The notes under the pieces are model-generated. The model was not told where the DNA came from. It saw only the letters and a list, made by a program, of their open reading frames with translations, and did not search any database. 47,580 nt of DNA, taken from positions 1 to 47,580 of the forward strand of contig DATKSV010000003.1 of NCBI GenBank assembly GCA_035531535.1, read 5' to 3'. The DNA is from Candidatus Nanopelagicaceae bacterium (GTDB taxonomy: Bacteria > Chloroflexota > Dormibacteria > Aeolococcales > Bog-877). Shown in pieces: positions 47,378 through 47,580 of the stretch. Position 1 is the stretch's first letter, and each line of letters opens with the position of its first letter. The position numbers and the translations under genes were made by a program.

Positions 47378-47580
47378 AGAGCCACCGTGTGGGACGTCAA
47401 GTGGTCACTGGTCCCGCCCAGTTCCAGGAACTGGTTCTCAGCTCCCTACGTCGACTGGAGAAGCTGCCCGCCACCATCCGTGGCTTCTTTGAGGCGCCCG
47501 ATCTCCGCTACATCCTCATGATACGTCGGCTTACCAACGCTCGGATTAGTACCTTCGGGCCAGACGCTCCGCCTCCTAGC

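Larger units (their letters stand above)
46390..47580 (+). mobile_element. IS607-family element (tnpA serine recombinase plus tnpB), inserted into or abutting the IS630 remnant and running off the window end.
   Basis: An adjacent tnpA (MerR-like HTH plus resolvase) and tnpB (OrfB_IS605 N-terminus) in typical IS607 arrangement. Confidence 0.65.

Noticed and set aside
1-47580. A CRISPR array or tandem repeat.
   Set aside because: No regularly spaced direct repeats were seen anywhere in the window.

Overview
This 47.6-kb window is high-GC DNA (about 70% by eye) from a bacterium that encodes F420-type luciferase-like (LLM) oxidoreductases, a PASTA protein, NlpC/P60, and an IS607-type element. 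That mix suggests Actinomycetota or Chloroflexota. It contains a class 1B dihydroorotate dehydrogenase pair (pyrK plus pyrD) and a LysW-like gene, both uncommon in classic actinobacteria.

Many long ORFs in the six-frame track are antisense or GC artefacts and were trimmed or rejected. All identifications are by eye from motifs; no searches were run.

Layout:

- 1-1033: 3' part of a beta-lactamase-family serine hydrolase.
- 2019-3236: an MFS transporter.
- 4313-5428: an SPFH/band-7 protein followed 3 nt later by an Arc-like ribbon-helix-helix protein.
- 5.4-7.8 kb: a stretch with no convincing gene except an IstB-like C-terminal remnant.
- 8.3-15.9 kb: housekeeping and accessory enzymes. These are a cell-wall amidase, an LLM F420 oxidoreductase, a PASTA membrane protein, a PPOX-family protein, an AhpD-like protein, a dienelactone hydrolase and ComB-like 2-phosphosulfolactate phosphatase.
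- 16.0-21.2 kb: a tightly coupled + strand block. It runs ChlI/MoxR-like AAA+ ATPase, then a 674-aa VWA protein, then a hypothetical, then an NlpC/P60 peptidase. The first two resemble the mycobacterial Rv0958/Rv0959 pair in size and architecture.
- 21.2-25.2 kb: the most interesting locus. It holds a MurD-like Mur-ligase paralogue, a small minus-strand LysW/ArgW-like zinc-ribbon acidic protein that is absent from the ORF track, a threonine-synthase-like PLP enzyme and an ATP-grasp enzyme. A DnaJ gene follows.
- 26.5-34.9 kb: a pentapeptide-repeat/DinB protein, a perfect 14-3-14 palindrome, a VOC enzyme, a secreted protein, a CPBP protease, an unusual LLM-UbiA fusion, a SHOCT protein, a lone B12-binding radical SAM (rSAM) enzyme with a roughly 450-bp leader, and an S51 peptidase.
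- 35.2-44.3 kb: a pyrimidine operon with unusual order (pyrB, pyrR, pyrC, a carA-carB fusion, pyrK, pyrD).
- 44.4-47.6 kb: a mobile-element graveyard. It contains DUF202, a tyrosine-integrase C-terminal remnant, a GNAT gene, a truncated IS630 transposase and a nested IS607-type element. The nested element has a frameshifted serine-recombinase tnpA and a broken tnpB that runs off the window.
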